This document shows, one piece after another, positions 31,966 through 43,239 of a stretch of DNA of 64,000 nucleotides. Within the stretch, counting starts at the first letter, position 1; each line of letters begins with the position of its first letter. The notes beneath the pieces were generated by a model, which was not told the DNA's origin, did not search any database, and worked only from the letters and a program-made list of their open reading frames with translations. Source of the DNA: Heteronotia binoei (lineage: Eukaryota); the NCBI RefSeq assembly GCF_032191835.1, contig NC_083229.1, positions 106,020,001 through 106,084,000 on the forward strand. Direction: 5' to 3'. The position numbers and the translations under genes are program-made.

Positions 31966-33780
31966 ATATGGAAATCATTGTGAAGAAAGTATCAGTGTAC
32001 CTTTTGTAAATTTATTAAGGTTGGCTGTCGTATCACATAGCAACCAGTTCCAGAAAACTGAACATTCATAACCTTTCTTCAGCATCAATCACTTCTGAGG
32101 TTGGTCTGTGATAACTTTACAACATTTCTTACACTTCACTCACATCCAGATTTCCTCTTTGGAACTTGCTTTGTTCCTATCAAAGGCTTGAGTTGTTCTT
32201 ATCTTATGCAATTCAGTGTGCATGTTAGATAAACTGGGGTGGGGTGGGGGACAAAAACAGGAGCAGAATTGCCTTAAACCATCATTCCACTTATCAAGCA
32301 ATTTACAGAGAACACATCTGCCAAACTCACAAGTCTGACGGAATAATCTATACTCTCTCTCTTTCTCCCTCTCCCCTCCCTCCTTCCCTCCCTCCCTCTC
32401 ACAAAGTAAATTTAATCCAAATAAATCAAATAGACTGTGTTTTTCATTAACTTTCATGTTTATGTTGCATTTAGGAGAACCTGGCCACTTCCATATTTAC
32501 TTTGTTTTTAACACAAAGTGTCCTCATAGTCTACCTTGTAAAGGCGTTGAACTGAGGTTAAGATGCAAAGGGAATCAGGCATAAGTCTACTGAGTGTTAC
32601 CGATTTGGTTCTGTTTGTTTTTTGGGCATCTTGATCAGTTCTTCTTAATAGAAAATTAGATTTTACAGAACAAGGGAAAATTCTTGCATTTATGATTGCT
32701 CTGAATGCATCCCCAGTGATGATAATCAAAAAGACAAATCATATAGGTGGAAAGCTTTCCATGCTCCACTAGTATTGTGGGAGCAGCCAAGGAATCAGCC
32801 ATGGGCAGACTGAGCCCTTACAACAGTATCAACAGGGAAGCTCTTGGTGCATACCTTGAACCCTGTGCATTCATTGAAGCTCCAGAAGCTGCAAATAATT
32901 ACTGGATCTGGGCCATGTTTTCTATATTTTGTTACATTGAGCCAATTTTTTTGAGGGGGGTGGGAATAATCCTGATCTTGAGAAGAACTAAATGTAGTGG
33001 AGGAAAATAGCATTACTACATGACACGTTTTATTATTAAAAGGTCCCTGCTTTTTGCAGGGAAATGAAATATATTTAACACAGCAGGCAGGCACTTTCTG
33101 AACCTTGCCAGTGCGATGAAAGAGCAGGATGCATTTCATTGGCTGAGGATGTATATGGTGTGTTTAAATATTCATAGCTCACAATTTTGAAATACAGTAA
33201 CTTCATAATAAACTATTTTGAAGAGAGGGTGATAGTGTGGAGCTTCTGATACAGCTAATGGATTTGAAGAGGATTCTAATGCATTGAGAAGGAACTGAAT
33301 TGAGCTCTTGTGTGCAAAGGAGGATTATAAAATATAATTAGGTAGCGGCAATAGCAGCAGGCCTCAGACAGGGTCAGATGATGTGTGGATGCTACAAACA
33401 ACCTTCAGTTTTGATAATGAGAAAACCTAGAAATGTTACCCCAGTTATAATTAATTAGCTAATCTAATGCGTTGGAGAGAAATCTGTGTTGGACTCTTTC
33501 TTCCTGACATGTAGTTTTCTGTGTGGATGAAATTTCAGGGAATAGAGGAACATTCAGTTATTTGAAGCCTTCATCTGTAATCTGAATCCCAGAGACAGAT
33601 TACCATTTCACTGAGAGCCAGTGCTAAACTGATGGACCCTGACAAACTGAAGTGAATCTAAATTCCATTGGCAGGTCCTATGTAATGGGTTTTAGAAGTA
33701 TTGTTTCATGTTCTTGCTCATCTGGAGCTAAAAAGCTTTCTAAGAAGCATGTTGACTGAACAGATTATTCTCCTCCACAG

Positions 33781-33909
33781 AAGGTTTGAATGCCAACAGA
33801 AGGAAGAATGTGTGAGCAGCAAAAAGAGGAACTTGGACATTTTTCTTGTGGTGAAGTGCTTGAACCCCAGATGTTCAATCACCTCTTGCATCCTACTGCA
33901 AGAAAGATA
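33781..33909 (+). CDS. Candidate exon, possible first coding exon, unidentified
   Basis: Acceptor attctcctccacag, donor A/gtgagt; ATG at 33790 opens MPTEGRMCEQQKEELGHFSCGEVLEPQMFNHLLHPTARKI to the donor in phase 0. No homology recognised. Confidence 0.22.
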
Positions 33910-34242
33910 GTGAGTTTCTAGTTTCCATTATGAGAGCATGAAGAAAACGAAGCACAATTAACTCTTGATTGCTCAGTTGGTGCATCCTTGATCAGCTGAC
34001 TCTGTGCTCCCCCCACTCAGTTGATAGCAGCTTTTTTAAAAATAAAAGAATGTCTACTTGACCAATTATCATTTTCATTGATATCCAGGCTGTAAAGGTG
34101 AGTTTGTGCTGGATGACTGCAAATTAGGTGATGTATAAAACAGCTGCTGCAGGAAAAAAAATTTCACAGGCTGAGCTTTTATATCACCTTTCTTCAGATC
34201 AGATATTGTGCAGTTCCAGTGCAGCCACACTATATGTGCACT

Positions 34243-34455
34243 TGGTGGTGGTGTAAAGTACCATCAAGTTGTAGTTGATTCATAATGACCCCATAGAGAG
34301 GCAAGGGATGATCAGAGGTAGGTTGCCATTGTTTGCCTTTGTGCAGTGACCCTGGATTTCCTTGGTGGCCTCTCATCCAAATACTGGCCAGGCCAACTCT
34401 TGCTTAGCTCCTGAAATTTGAAAAGATTGGGCTAGCCTTGACCATCCAGTTCAGG
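34243..34455 (-). mobile_element. 5S-derived SINE
   Basis: Same family as 8384-8600, antisense (CTCTCATCCAAATACTGGCCAGG..TGCTTAGCTCCTGA). Confidence 0.68.
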
Positions 34456-36459
34456 CACATGTGTAATTATGAGATTTCAAATACTAAGATATTGAGATGA
34501 AGCCCTTCAGCTTTTCTGCTGGTGAAAAAGGGAGGAGGAAGTTCACTTTGACCACTCAAGTGGCTATGATCCAGGTGGGCAGCCGTGTTGGTCTGAAGCA
34601 ACAGAACAAAGTTGGATTCCAGTTTTGCTCCATATGGCTATGCTGAGTGCAGAAGTCAGGGGCTGTAATAAAGAGAGGAACTAGGCAAGATTTAGCAGAA
34701 CAGCTGGAAGGATCCAGCCCACTGAATGATGTTTTTGAGTGATATGTGTTTTTGAGTGATAAGGATATAGGAAGGTCAAGGAAAATGTATTGCATAGGAT
34801 GAAAGATGTATTGCAGTGATATTCAGTGGCTCAAGTGCCACTGGGACTTTTAGCACTGTTCCCTAGTGCAGCACTGTTTCCCAATTCAGCTCCATGTCTC
34901 AGGAGAGTGGGCAAGGCCATTACCTGGTGGGACTTGTGACTGGCAGCTGGTTCTACCTTAAAAACTACAGTAAAAGGAATTGAAAGATGAGTTGCAAGCC
35001 CCCAACTAGGGATGGAAGTAAAGAGCCCTTCCATTCCAACACCACCCTTTCCTGTAGCATCTGTGCACTCCACTCAGCACCTGGGTAGCTGCTGGGAGAA
35101 GAGCAAACTGGGCATGCAGAAGAAATAGTAAAATCACCATAGAAGACATTCAAGAGCAAAGTGGAGTGGTGCTAATTTTACTCCCCTTTCCTGGCTTGCT
35201 CTCCTCTGGCGATCTCATTCAGTCACTGGAGCTGCTGTGCTTCATGCTGAGAACAAAGAGTGAAAAGACAGAGAGAGGGAAACCCTTCGCCTCACTCCAG
35301 GAGCACAAAGGCTGGCTAAGGTTCAACACTGATGGGGAGAGACATGCTCCGGGCTACTCTAGTAATCTAAAAAGTTACAGTTATTTGTTTGCTATTAACA
35401 TCTATATCTTATATTATTGTACGTGTGTGTTTGCTGAGATGGCACACAGAGCATATAGTAATCATATGGTGGCCTCTTTTGGTCAATGTTAATTGCAAAA
35501 GCGAGTCTCCTCAAGTCACAAAGCGAGCCCCATTCCTGTAAGGGTTGAGCAGAAGGCCCGGGATACAGAAAAGGCTCACCATTAGCTGCCTCTAATAACA
35601 GAGAGGTGTTATAACAAAAGCTGATCTGCACCATTACATACATCATAAAGCACGGGTTGCCTTGGGCTTGCAAACCAAGCTTTCTGAGAGGGAAAATCCA
35701 CCCTCGCTGGTCCAGAAACTTCCGGACCCTACCCGTCACGGCTCGCACACCAGTGCATAGAGGGATGGGCGCACATACCCCCAGTCCATGACTATGAAGC
35801 TTTAGGGCCGGTCGTATGCTCCCCCAACCCCAAAGAGGTCCCTCCAACCAAGCCACCTGGACTGCCAAGCCTTTAGGTAGTCCAATTGAGGACCCCCTTC
35901 CATAGCTGATATCTCGGGGTGCTTGCTTCCAAATCCTCTTAACCTGTCCTTTTCCCGCATTCCTAGTCAGGGCCTAACCAGTGACACCAGGCCTATTTAT
36001 GCCTCACCCCCTTTGACCATGTGGAGCAGGTGAAAAAAGGTCCCTTTTATGCCAATCAGAGTGAGGCCAAAAAAATTCCTGCTCAGCCCCATAACTGGCA
36101 ACTAGCTAATCTCACATGGTTTTGCCAAGAGGGTGGGCAAATGGGAAGCTTGCTTTGGGAAAGACTGACCCAGTAATGGCGTTTCTGCCCTACCTGGCCA
36201 GCCAGTCACCTCCCGGATTGGCTAGATCTCCTGCGCCGTATCTGAATAGGCTCATCCCCCCCTCGTGGTTTCACTTGATGAAATGGGGTGTGGTTAATCT
36301 CCACGGCTGCTCTTTGGCACCCACCAGTTTTTTTGCCAATAATAACCATCTTCTCTCTAGAACTGCATATGATGTTTTTTTAAAATTGCCGCCTTGTAAA
36401 CAATGAAATCAGAATCAGAGGATAGAAAATTGGGCAAGTACATGGTTTGCAAACTCTGA

Positions 36460-36950
36460 TAGGGTTGCCAAGTCTGTGTTGGAAAATACCTGGAGACTTT
36501 GGGGGTGGAGCCAGGAGAGGGTGGGGTTTGGGGAGGGGCAGGGCCTCATCATGGTATAATGCCATTTTCTCCAGGGGTCTGATCTCTTGGTGTCAGGGGT
36601 ATGGCCTAATATGAAAATGAGTCCCTGCTGGGCTTCTTCTCCCCAAAAGCCCTGTGTGAAACAATGGTGACATCAGGGGGTCTGACCTGATATGCAAATG
36701 AGTCCCTGATGGACTTTTTCCTACAAAAAAAAAAGGCCTGGTGGCAACCCTAACTGACTTGGGAAATTCCTGAAGATCAGAGGGGAAGAGTGGAATCTGG
36801 GGAGGTTTTGGAGGCAAAAGGGACCTCAGCAGGGTATAATTCCATAAAATCCATCCTCCGAAACAGCCATTTTCTTCCAGGGAAATTGATCTCTGTAGTC
36901 TGGAGATCAGTTGTGATTCCAGAAGACAAGACTTCCAGGCCCTACCAGGA
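36460..36950. mobile_element. Composite of TAGGGTTGCCA- and CAGGGCTTTT-family MITEs
   Basis: TAGGGTTGCCAAG start; internal AAAAAGCCCTG / ATATGCAAATGAG segment; GGCAACCCTA. Confidence 0.65.
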
Positions 36951-37279
36951 GTAGTGTAACCGCAAAAGAGAATCACGGCAAACTGAGGTAAGGTGATCCA
37001 AAGCAAAAGCTACTGTGAAATCCAGCCTCTATCAGAAAATCATACAAATTAGTCCAAAATAGGAAAATAAATTCATGTACTGATTTTAACAAATATAAGA
37101 TTTTTTGTGCAACATAAGGAACAGTCCCACCAGAACGCCAGTCCCTCTTTATCTCACACGTACACATTGTATCTCGATTGGGAATATTCAGGTGAAATAA
37201 AATAGTGTTCAGTCTGTTCAATCTCAACGAATGTGTTCAGCCAGGAATTCACTAGGCTGTGCAGCCCATCAGTCCATAG

Positions 37280-38436
37280 TGAGACAGGTTTGTACTAATT
37301 TCCCTGTTTCGCTTTTTGCTTCCTCAAGCTGCATAAAATGACCATCAATAAGAATTACAATCAATATTAACAAGAGCAATCTCACAAACACTGTGTATGC
37401 TGGCATAAAAAAGGCACATACCGTTACATAAAGAATTTCAGTTATGGGTAAGAACGCCAACTAGGTTTGCTCAATAAGTTTACAAGTGTTACAACAAAGC
37501 AAGGTTTCAGCCATTATATACATACAGGTGTAGTTAATTAAGCATTCCTTTAAGAACCTTTAAGGCTACAGCAATGTTCTAGAACTCTATTTTTACAGCA
37601 CCAAGGATAAAGAACTAATTTTTTACAGATGCTTTCACCATACAAATTTTTTTTACAAACTTATAAAAAACAAGTGAAATTCCATTCATGGTTCAAGCCC
37701 TGGGGACCCAATGTGTTTAACTTGCAAATCAAGCGCATCTCTTGCTGTAGAAGCCATCTATTGCAATCTACTCCTGTAGTCTAGATGGAAATTTTAAAAT
37801 CATGCAAAATCACATTGATTCTAGATCATGTTTAAAGGTAGCAAAATGTTCCACAAGTGGTGCATCTATGACGTGATTTTTTACCCTGGATTTATGTTCC
37901 AACACGCGTGTGCGCACCACAAGCATGGTGGCACCCAGATAGATATTTTTACAGGGGCAGAGAATCACGTATACACATTTTTTGGTTGCGTAGGTTGTAG
38001 TGTCTGATAAAGAGATTTTATATCCAGTAGTGGGGAGTATAAATTTTCTTATTTGCATGGAGAGCACACAGGCAGAACAAGCACTGTATTTAAAGTGCCT
38101 GCCAATCTTTTTAACATTATAAATCTGAGTTGCCATGTCTGATTTAACCAAAAGTTCTCCAGATTTTTTTAATGGTGTTGTAGATCGATGGTGAAAGCGG
38201 AGAGTATTGCATAGCACAAGTTACACGTTCCTTTGCTTTAACCATTCGCCCACTCCGGGAGTCTTGGAGCAAAGACCCTCTCTGTATCCGATTTATTCTA
38301 GATACCGCCCCTTGCAAAATCTGATTGGGATAACCCCGAGATCGAAATTGTTGATAGATCTTATCATGTTCTGTCACAAAATCTTGTGGTGTGGTAGAAT
38401 TCCGTTTAGCCTGTATCATCTAGCTATATGGTAAAC
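37280..38436 (-). mobile_element. Penelope-like element 3' portion (RT C-terminus, GIY-YIG endonuclease, 3' terminal repeat)
   Basis: AKRNST...FRSRGYP; VYVILCPCKNIYLGAT...RTRVLEHKSR (GIY-YIG type); end LNTLGPQGLNHEWNFTCFL*; hammerhead-like motif at 37283-37333. Confidence 0.87.
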
Positions 38437-38449
38437 TCACTCTCAACTG

Positions 38450-38625
38450 TCACTTCTGGGTGACATCATCATGCCGTTGATGTTGTGCACAGCCGCTCTA
38501 GGCATTTCCAGGAAAACTCTATGGTTTTCCCTAATGCTCTAGCAATTTGGGAGGGCAAAACTCTATGGTACCTATTGTACCATAGAGTTTCCTTCCAGAG
38601 GACACAGGGGACTTGGCTACCCTAA
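38450..38625. mobile_element. TAGGGTTGCCA-family MITE fragment
   Basis: GTCACTTCTGGGTGACATCATC..AAAACTCTATGG..TTGGCTACCCTA; related to 21990-22260. Confidence 0.55.
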
Positions 38626-39799
38626 CCAGGAGGCTGACAGTTCTCGCAAAGTATCCTTGCAGTTTTCATTTGGAAAATCACACTTGTTGTTGAAGGGATG
38701 AACATTTAGATCAAGAGCTGGAAAAAACCCAAGATGCTTAGGGGGAAGAAGTCAGTATTACATATAAATGTCAGGTTGGAAAGGAATTTTTTTTTTTAAA
38801 GAAGCATACCGAGAAATGTAAATAATTCATGGCATTCTGCTGGGTACAGGGGAAGGATCTGACCATTTTAAAATCTCATTCTGTCCTTTGGAAGAATGAA
38901 AAGCTTGTTGTAAATTGTGAGTGTCATTGCTTTGGATGTCATAAAACAAGGATCCTAGTGTGTGATTAATGCTTCTGTGCATTGATGACCTTGAATATTG
39001 GCCATTATCACTCTTATAGCTTCAGGTACGCATTTTGATATTCATGCTATGAGCACGTCTGTCTGTGTGGAATGGTTATGGCTACAATCTCCCAGAAACA
39101 GAAGGGAAAGAAGTTTGAACTCTGGATAACAATACCGAATGGCTAATCTAATCCTGACTCTGGTTGTGCATCACTCATGCAGACTTCCATCCTTATTACA
39201 AAACCCAAAATCTTTGATGGAATTGGAGGCAGGCTTTCCCCCCCTCCTAAAAGGTGTCTGTCTTTGATTTCATTTCTAAGAAGGTGTGACCTTTTGAAGA
39301 CCCAGAGCATGCTTTGAAATCAAGGCCTGCTCTTAAAGTCTGCAATCAATAATGCAACAGATTTTAGTGGGGGTTTTTTTCCTGAACAAATCTGTTGGCC
39401 CAAATTGAAAACTGCCCCCATGAAAAGAATATAGGCAGAGATCGGGCAGTTCAGCTACTAAGCACTATTTTAACAAAATGGAATGAATACGGTAAGCATT
39501 TTTAGAAGGGTAGGCTAGTCTATTATTATTTTATTATGATTTATGATATATCCAGCGTCATCAGCATGCATGGCACTTTACAGAGATACTTAAGCAAAAA
39601 ACACATATGAGACAATTTCTCCTGAGGAGCTTCTGAAATCAACAGTGAGGAAGGAGGAAGGAATGAAGCAAAAACAGATACACAGTCTTAAACCTGCCTA
39701 TAGTATTAAGAGATTAAGGCCAAAGGACCTGTAGAAAAGGTGGGCTTTGAGGAAAGAGGGAAGTGGCAGGCATCACAGAAATCCCATACATAGATAGGT

Positions 39800-39930
39800 A
39801 GGGTTGCCAACTCTGGGGTTGGGATTCCTGGAGATTTGGGGGATGGAGCCTGGCAAGGGCAGAGTTTGATACTTCAGCAGGGTATAAAGCCATAGAGTTC
39901 ACCTTCCAAAGCAGCCATTTTCTCCAGGGG
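39800..39930. mobile_element. TAGGGTTGCCA-family MITE fragment
   Basis: GTAGGGTTGCCAACTCTGGGGTTGGGATTCCTGGAGATTTGGGGGATGGAGCC. Confidence 0.7.
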
Positions 39931-39949
39931 GTATTTTTACAAAAACCAC

Positions 39950-40250
39950 CGGTCAACAATAAAGAGAGTCACACTCTCAATGTGCGTACATGCATTTGAT
40001 TTAGTGCAAATATTAGACAAAATAAGACAAAGGAACAATAAGGTATTTGTACTCCCCCAATTCATGCACTTTGAAATTTCTACATAGAACACAGCCTAAA
40101 CAAAGTCCATAAGTCAGTGCTGTAGGGTGGAGTCCTTGTGACGTTGTAATGGAGAGAATAAGGAGGAACCGTATAGAAAGGAGTCCTCATGGTTTTGCTT
40201 GTCTCACACTTCGTCAGCCTCTTTTCTCACAGTTTTCTGGAACTGTCATA
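39950..40250 (-). mobile_element. Possible Penelope terminal repeat remnant
   Basis: Minus strand CTGACGAAG..CAAAAC hammerhead-like core; composition similar to 23640-23960. Confidence 0.35.
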
Positions 40251-41436
40251 ATGTAAAACCATTAGAATATACGCTCATACATACAACAAACATCACACCT
40301 AAACAGAGATACAATACATACTCACTCACAGTAACTTTGTTTCAAACACGGATCAACGCATGCTCTAAACCTCTGCTGCCGGCTCTCACCATTCCCATTC
40401 TCCTAGGATCACTAAAAAGTTCAATTTCAACTGTTCTTAAAGCTATATGCCCATATTTATATCCTTACATTTCAGAGAAAACACCATTCCAGAGTGTCCA
40501 GATGGCCCGTGGAACAGGGACAGGCTGTGGGTGCCCAGAATGCTCATGTGCCCTGTCCGGGGCTTCCTGGCCATTCAGATGACTGGGGGGGGGCACCTTG
40601 GAGTCCCCCCAGCGATTAGGTACCATTTTGCAAGCTGGCTCCTGGTAAGTCAGGGATGGGTTGAAGGCAGGAGCAGGATGGCAGGCAAATGTGTGCGTTT
40701 GGAAATGCTTTTTGGGGGTGTTCACCTGTCATCCCTGGGGCTCCTTAAACTGCCTGTCTGAACCCAGCCAAAACCACCCAAATGGTGACTGTTATCAATA
40801 ATAAATTATTGAGGAAAACCATCCTTCCAGCTGAATGCTGTAAGTTCAGATTCCTCATCAATGGTCTTAGATGTCTCCAACTTTTAACTGAGGGCTTCCA
40901 CTGCTAAAGCTGATGCTTCATAGAATTCTTATGAAAAAAGAATGAGAAATTTTATACACACTAAAAGTATTATTGAAATAGTGACATTTAGAATAGATCT
41001 TAGCAAGGCTGTTGTGTTACTCATCCATCATTAGTGGGACTTATTCCTTCGAAAGCAAAGCTTCCATAGCATTAAGTAACGCTGCTTGTGAAAATAAAGC
41101 TGTTTAATACAAAAGCAAACCTAAGTAAGATCAAGGAGGCAAGTGCTCCTAGCAATTTAAAATTATAATCAAATCTAGGAGAGCGATGAAACCAGTAGAG
41201 GGGAAACAGATGAGTTGCTTTGCCATACTTTCCCTTGATAGACATTTAAGAAAGGTCTCCAAATGCAATGAGAAGATTCTCTGTTGGATTTTCACTAAGA
41301 AAAGATCACCCTTTCCTAAAGTGCTACCTCAATTTTTGGAAGATCTGTAGAGGATAAAAAAGATACATGTTTTTATGGCAGAGCAAAAGTTCATACTATG
41401 GTTTACTGCAGGCACATGGAATGATGCAGCTGGTGT

Positions 41437-41715
41437 GTGGGTGTGTAAAGTGCCATCAAGGTGAAGCTGACTTGCAGTGACTCCATAAGGTTTTAAAAGC
41501 CAAGAGATGAACAGAGGTGGTTTGCTGTTGCCTGCCTCTGTGTTGTTAGCCGCCCTGAGCCTACCTAGGCGGGGAGGGCGGGATATAAATAAAATTTATT
41601 ATTATTATTATTATTATTATTATAGTGATTCTGCACTTTCTTGGTGGTCTTCCATCCAAGTACTAACCCGGGCTAACTGTGATTAGCTTCCAAGATCTGA
41701 CAAGACCAGGCTGGT
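41437..41715 (-). mobile_element. 5S-derived SINE with nested L2 3' tail and (ATT)n
   Basis: GGTCTTCCATCCAAGTACTAACC..GATTAGCTTCCAAGATCTGACAAGACCAGG (5S antisense); L2 tail TGTTAGCCGCCCTGAGCC..GGGCGGGATATAAAT at about 41543-41622. Confidence 0.72.
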
Positions 41716-42589
41716 ATACAAGATGACAATCTCATCCCTTCCCCTTCAGTAACTGCAATTGGAAATAGAGTTGCACCCTTCTAAGTCAATTGAAGTCAAT
41801 GGGTTTAGAGGAATGTCACTTTACTAAGGAATGTATTCTTAGTTTCTGATCCTTGCTTTTAAGGGAAAATTTGCAAATGCCACAAAACCCCCCACTATGT
41901 TAGCAAACCATATAGTGTAGTAGTTGACCATCAAATTGAGTTTCAGGCCTTCCCAAGCTTGCATGAGCCCAGCCCTAGATGTATAGCCCTAGATGTATAG
42001 CTCAAAGAAGGTTGGGGACAATGTGTGTTTTCTCTCTAGGTTAATTCACAGGTTTTCTGGAGATAAAGAACATGCTACTCACAAATCACATAATGAAGCC
42101 TTGCCATTTTTGGTTTTTATTAAAAAACCTGAAGAACAGTCTTGGGAGGTAGTAACTTGAACAGAGGAATGGTAGTGGTGTTTCCTTCCATAGGGTTCCA
42201 TTTGCCTGATAACATTTGTAAATATGCATCTGGAAGGATGCAGTGGGATTAGTACTGAGTGAGAAATGGCTGGTGAAGATGTGTCAAACATTAGTTTTTC
42301 CCATTCCTTCTCCACTCAACCAAATTCTCTATGGGGATGCTTTCTATTTAACAATTATTAGGGGTGTTTTACATGTATTGGCAGTCGTTGATGTGAACTT
42401 CCAATAAAAGCTAGCCCAGATTAGGTTTCATGCAATACCAGGTATGTTTCAAAAAGGAGCTGAGCAATGATGAAGAATGATAGAATCAGTTTACCATGGT
42501 CCACTGAGTCCAAAACCTAGTATTCCAATTTGGTGTTCTGACTGTACCAAACCTGAAGTTTGGTAGAGAACATCATCATGCAGTCAAGT

Positions 42590-42785
42590 GCAGATGGCTT
42601 TAAAAGAGGGGAGTTAGACAAATTCATGGAGGATAGGTCCATCAATGTCTACTAGCCATGGTCAGGAAAGGGAGTGTCCACATATAGAGGCAGCAAACCT
42701 CTGTTGGTTGGCCCTTCAGGTGTAACTGGTTGGCTGCTTTGTGAAACTGTATTCTGAACTAGATGGACCACTGGTCTCATGCAGC
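42590..42785 (+). mobile_element. CR1 3' fragment, old
   Basis: GATGGCTTTAAAAGAGGG..TTAGACAAATTCATGGAGGATAGGTCCATCAATG..TACTAGCCATG..CTAGATGGACCACTGGTCT. Confidence 0.8.
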
Positions 42786-42935
42786 AGATTTTTCGGAGAA
42801 TGTTGAAGACCTGTTTGTTCTAGTAAGCTTTAAAACAAGTTTTGAAGAGTTTACTTCTTTTGTTACTGATATTATAGATTTGCATGGTGGTTGTGTTGTG
42901 GATTTTAATAAATTTAGTTGTGTTTTCTTCATCAG

Positions 42936-42975
42936 ATAGAGAGAGGATACACTCCTAAGGAGAACTTTCCGGGAA
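42936..42975 (+). CDS. Candidate 40-nt exon, unidentified
   Basis: Acceptor tgtgttttcttcatcag, donor AA/gtaagt; only one open frame (IERGYTPKENFPG). Confidence 0.22.
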
Positions 42976-43239
42976 GTAAGTCCCGTTGAATACTTACGTT
43001 TTAGGACTGTTTCCAAAAGAATGTACTGGAGTATAAAAAATAATTTGGAAAATAGATCAAAGAGCCCTTAAAATTCTATGTTGTTTTAAAATTATACCTT
43101 TGATATTAATGATAAATATAGCCCATATTTAAAATATCGGATAATCTTCTCTATAGCTGCTTCCAAATTCAGATCATATTTCTCATTTGACTTTCAGTTC
43201 CCCCCAATAAAATTGGCCCAATGCGTCCTTAACCACAAG

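Noticed and set aside
40447-40761. Weak resemblance of DRLWVP...GGHLGV to the Gypsy integrase linker; also bounded by splice-like signals
   Set aside because: Only two short motifs, no HHCC or DDE context, so I cannot assign it.
39020-40840. Microexon-like AG..GT motifs (CTTCAG at about 39020, CTGAATGCT at about 40829)
   Set aside because: Expected by chance in 64 kb, with no supporting neighbouring exons.
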